A stretch of 64,000 bases of DNA, from positions 189-64,188 of the forward strand of contig CAZAZM010000011.1 in the NCBI GenBank assembly GCA_964489625.1. The letters run 5' to 3'. A model generated the notes under the pieces. It did no database searches. It was not told the origin of the DNA and saw only the letters and a list, made by a program, of their open reading frames with translations. Below are positions 61,679 through 64,000 of this stretch, one piece after another (position 1 is the stretch's first letter; every line of letters starts with the position of its first letter). The stretch is from an uncultured Flavobacteriaceae bacterium (lineage in GTDB: Bacteria > Bacteroidota > Bacteroidia > Flavobacteriales > Flavobacteriaceae). A program made the translations under genes and the position numbers.

Positions 61679-62416
61679 GTTTTGAATCACGGAAAGGAGC
61701 ACGTAAAACAGAATGATCAGGGGTACCGCGGCGATCCTGAAAATTCCGAGCAGGGCCGCTGACAACAAAAGGAAGACGTACCTGAACTCGTTGCCCTTCC
61801 ATCCATAATCCTTGAATTTCAGGGAGAAAAGGGGCAGGTTGGCGTTCAGAAGGAAGGAACCCAGCAAGGTGAGGCCTGTCAGAAAATAGATGTTCCGGAT
61901 CCAGGGAACCATGAAGCTATCCTCCTGGTACAGCAGGATCAGGGGCAGTGAAACCACCAGTAAGGACATGGCGGGCGTGGGTAAACCGATGAAGGAGCTG
62001 GTCTGTCTTTCGTCTATGTTGAAATTCGCCAGCCTGTAGGCCGAAGCCAGGGGGATCAAAAGCCCGAGGAAGGGAATGAAGTAATAGAAGGTTTCCTCAA
62101 AGGAGCTCCAGCTTCCCGTCTCGCAGCTCAGTTCCATGAACCAACGGCCCCTCGAGGCGTGAAGGAGCATCTGGAACATGACGATTCCCGGAACCACCCC
62201 GGAGGTCACCATGTCTGCCAGGGAGTCCAGTTGTTTGCCCAGTTCACCCTCAACCTTGAGCTTGCGAGCGAAGAACCCGTCGAAGAAATCAAAGAATATT
62301 CCAAGGAATGCCAGTCCCGCCGCCTCTGCCAGACGATCAGAGGCCGCCATCAGGATCGCCAGCAGGCCCGAGAGCAGGTTCAACAGGGTGAAGAGGTTGG
62401 GAATGTGCTTTTTCAT
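61661..62416 (-). CDS. CDP-alcohol phosphatidyltransferase (PssA-like)
   Basis: MKKHIPNLFTLLNL start (ATG 62416), DFFDG..AR, GKQLDSLADMV, RLANFN. Confidence 0.9.
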   Translation of the reverse strand: MKKHIPNLFTLLNLLSGLLAILMAASDRLAEAAGLAFLGIFFDFFDGFFARKLKVEGELGKQLDSLADMVTSGVVPGIVMFQMLLHASRGRWFMELSCETGSWSSFEETFYYFIPFLGLLIPLASAYRLANFNIDERQTSSFIGLPTPAMSLLVVSLPLILLYQEDSFMVPWIRNIYFLTGLTLLGSFLLNANLPLFSLKFKDYGWKGNEFRYVFLLLSAALLGIFRIAAVPLIILFYVLLSVIQNKKLRS

Positions 62417-62584
62417 CTGATCCGGATAATGCCTTGAATCGGTCTTTTGCAAGACAACAGGTAAAAATAGTAAATTAAGGCCTATGTCCAATTCTTAATT
62501 ACTGTGTTAATAACTATTCGGGGCTGTTTTTTATTTCTAGACCGTATTTGTTACATTAGCAACGCTACATAATCCAAAAACTTC

Positions 62585-64000
62585 ATGTCAGGCCAAACTT
62601 CATACACGGAAGAGAATATTCGTTCGCTCGATTGGAAGGAGCACATCCGCATGAGACCCGGCATGTACATTGGAAAACTGGGTGACGGATCGGCGCATGA
62701 CGACGGCATCTACATCCTGATCAAGGAAGTTCTGGACAATTCCATCGACGAGTACGTCATGGGAGCGGGAAAGACCATAGAAGTCTCGGTCAGGAACAAC
62801 CAGGTGACCATACGCGATTACGGCCGGGGCATACCCCTGGGCAAGGTCGTGGACGTGGTGTCCAAGATGAACACCGGGGGCAAGTACGATTCCAAGGCCT
62901 TCAAGAAATCGGTCGGGCTGAACGGAGTCGGGACCAAGGCGGTGAATGCCCTCTCCTCCTCCTTCAAGGTGCAGTCCGTGCGGGACAACAAGATGAAGGT
63001 GGCCGAATTCGAGCAGGGCAACCTGGTGAATGACCCTCCGGCGGAGGAATCGACCAACCGGAAAGGGACCAAAGTGACCTTCGTACCGGACACGGGAATC
63101 TTCCCCCACTACAAGTTCAGGAACGAGTACATCGAGAAGATGGTCAAGAACTACGTCTACCTCAACACGGGGCTGACCATCATCTTCAACGGGCAGAAAT
63201 ACAAGTCGGAGAACGGCTTGAAGGACCTGCTCGACGAGAACATCTCCGAGGAGGCCAAGCTCTTCCCCATCGTCCACCTTATGGGCGACGACATAGAGAT
63301 CGCGCTGACCTTCAGCAAGCACCAGTACAGCGAGGAATACCACTCCTTTGTCAACGGGCAGAACACGACCCAGGGAGGAACCCACCAGAATGCCTTCCGG
63401 GAGGCCCTTGTCAAGACCATCCGGGAATTCTTCGGCAAGAACTACGACGCCTCGGACGTCAGGAAATCCATCGTGGCGGCGATCAGCATCAAGGTCATGG
63501 AGCCCGTGTTCGAAAGCCAGACCAAGACCAAGCTGGGATCCACCGAGATGGGTGGCGACCTGCCGACGGTGCGGACCTTTGTCAATGACTTCGTGAAGAC
63601 GAGGCTCGACAACTACCTGCACCGCAATCCGGAGACCGCCGAGAAGATCCAGCGAAAGATCATGCAGGCGGAAAAGGAGCGCAAGGAACTGTCGGGCATC
63701 CGAAAGATCGCCCGCGAGCGTGCTAAAAAGGCAAGTCTGCACAACAAGAAGCTCAGGGACTGCAGGATCCACCTCAACGACATGAAGGCCAATGACCGGC
63801 TGGACAGCACCCTGTTCATAACGGAGGGAGACTCTGCGAGCGGATCGATCACGAAATCTCGCAACGTGAACACGCAGGCCGTCTTCAGCCTCAAGGGAAA
63901 ACCGCTCAACTCCTACGGCCTGAGCAAGAAGATCGTCTACGAGAACGAGGAGTTCAACCTGCTCCAGGCAGCGCTCAACATCGAAGACGGGATAGAGAAC
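62585..64000 (+). CDS. parE: DNA topoisomerase IV subunit B (runs off the window end)
   Basis: Not in the track. My translation is [35 protein letters not shown]...EVLDNSIDE...[10 protein letters not shown]...GLNGVG...[11 protein letters not shown] (GHKL plus Toprim, Bacteroidota ParE type). Confidence 0.93.
   Translation, partial: MSGQTSYTEENIRSLDWKEHIRMRPGMYIGKLGDGSAHDDGIYILIKEVLDNSIDEYVMGAGKTIEVSVRNNQVTIRDYGRGIPLGKVVDVVSKMNTGGKYDSKAFKKSVGLNGVGTKAVNALSSSFKVQSVRDNKMKVAEFEQGNLVNDPPAEESTNRKGTKVTFVPDTGIFPHYKFRNEYIEKMVKNYVYLNTGLTIIFNGQKYKSENGLKDLLDENISEEAKLFPIVHLMGDDIEIALTFSKHQYSEEYHSFVNGQNTTQGGTHQNAFREALVKTIREFFGKNYDASDVRKSIVAAISIKVMEPVFESQTKTKLGSTEMGGDLPTVRTFVNDFVKTRLDNYLHRNPETAEKIQRKIMQAEKERKELSGIRKIARERAKKASLHNKKLRDCRIHLNDMKANDRLDSTLFITEGDSASGSITKSRNVNTQAVFSLKGKPLNSYGLSKKIVYENEEFNLLQAALNIEDGIEN

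Noticed and set aside
62600-63772. 390-aa minus ORF, the longest track call at the right edge
   Set aside because: Antisense shadow of parE, which the track missed because it has no stop inside the window

Overview
A 64-kb chromosomal window from a fairly GC-rich Bacteroidota genome, most likely Flavobacteriaceae. The assignment rests on TAnnTTTG -7 promoter boxes, a T9SS type-B cargo plus PorP/SprF pair, and flavobacterial-type rpsA, parE, recQ and HU neighbourhoods. About 55 CDS and one tRNA-Met(CAT) are supported. I saw no transposase, integrase, prophage, rRNA or CRISPR array. From about 21 kb onward the genes are mostly housekeeping (folE, hisS, yidC, glmM, rpsA, a PPIase cluster, two RecQ, fmt, HU, kdsD, tatC, lptB, parE). 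Three things stand out. (1) An uncharacterised, tightly coupled operon at 4.8-11.1 kb: PPK2, a threonine-synthase-like PLP enzyme, DUF1611/DgcN-like protein, a MurL-like PP-loop/Zn protein, a creatininase-family amidohydrolase and an Ala-Glu-epimerase/DgcA-like enolase. It points to an unknown D/L-amino-acid (probably Glu) acylation and epimerisation pathway, with a divergent class III PPK2 upstream and CorA/MscS/Kv channels downstream. (2) Ribosomal protein S1 carries an in-frame N-terminal DUF2853-like domain. (3) A candidate ~75-nt two-hairpin sRNA or attenuator with its own promoter and terminator lies upstream of a K+ channel gene, and a 43-aa ORF is missed by the track. All family assignments come from motif recognition by eye, not from database searches.
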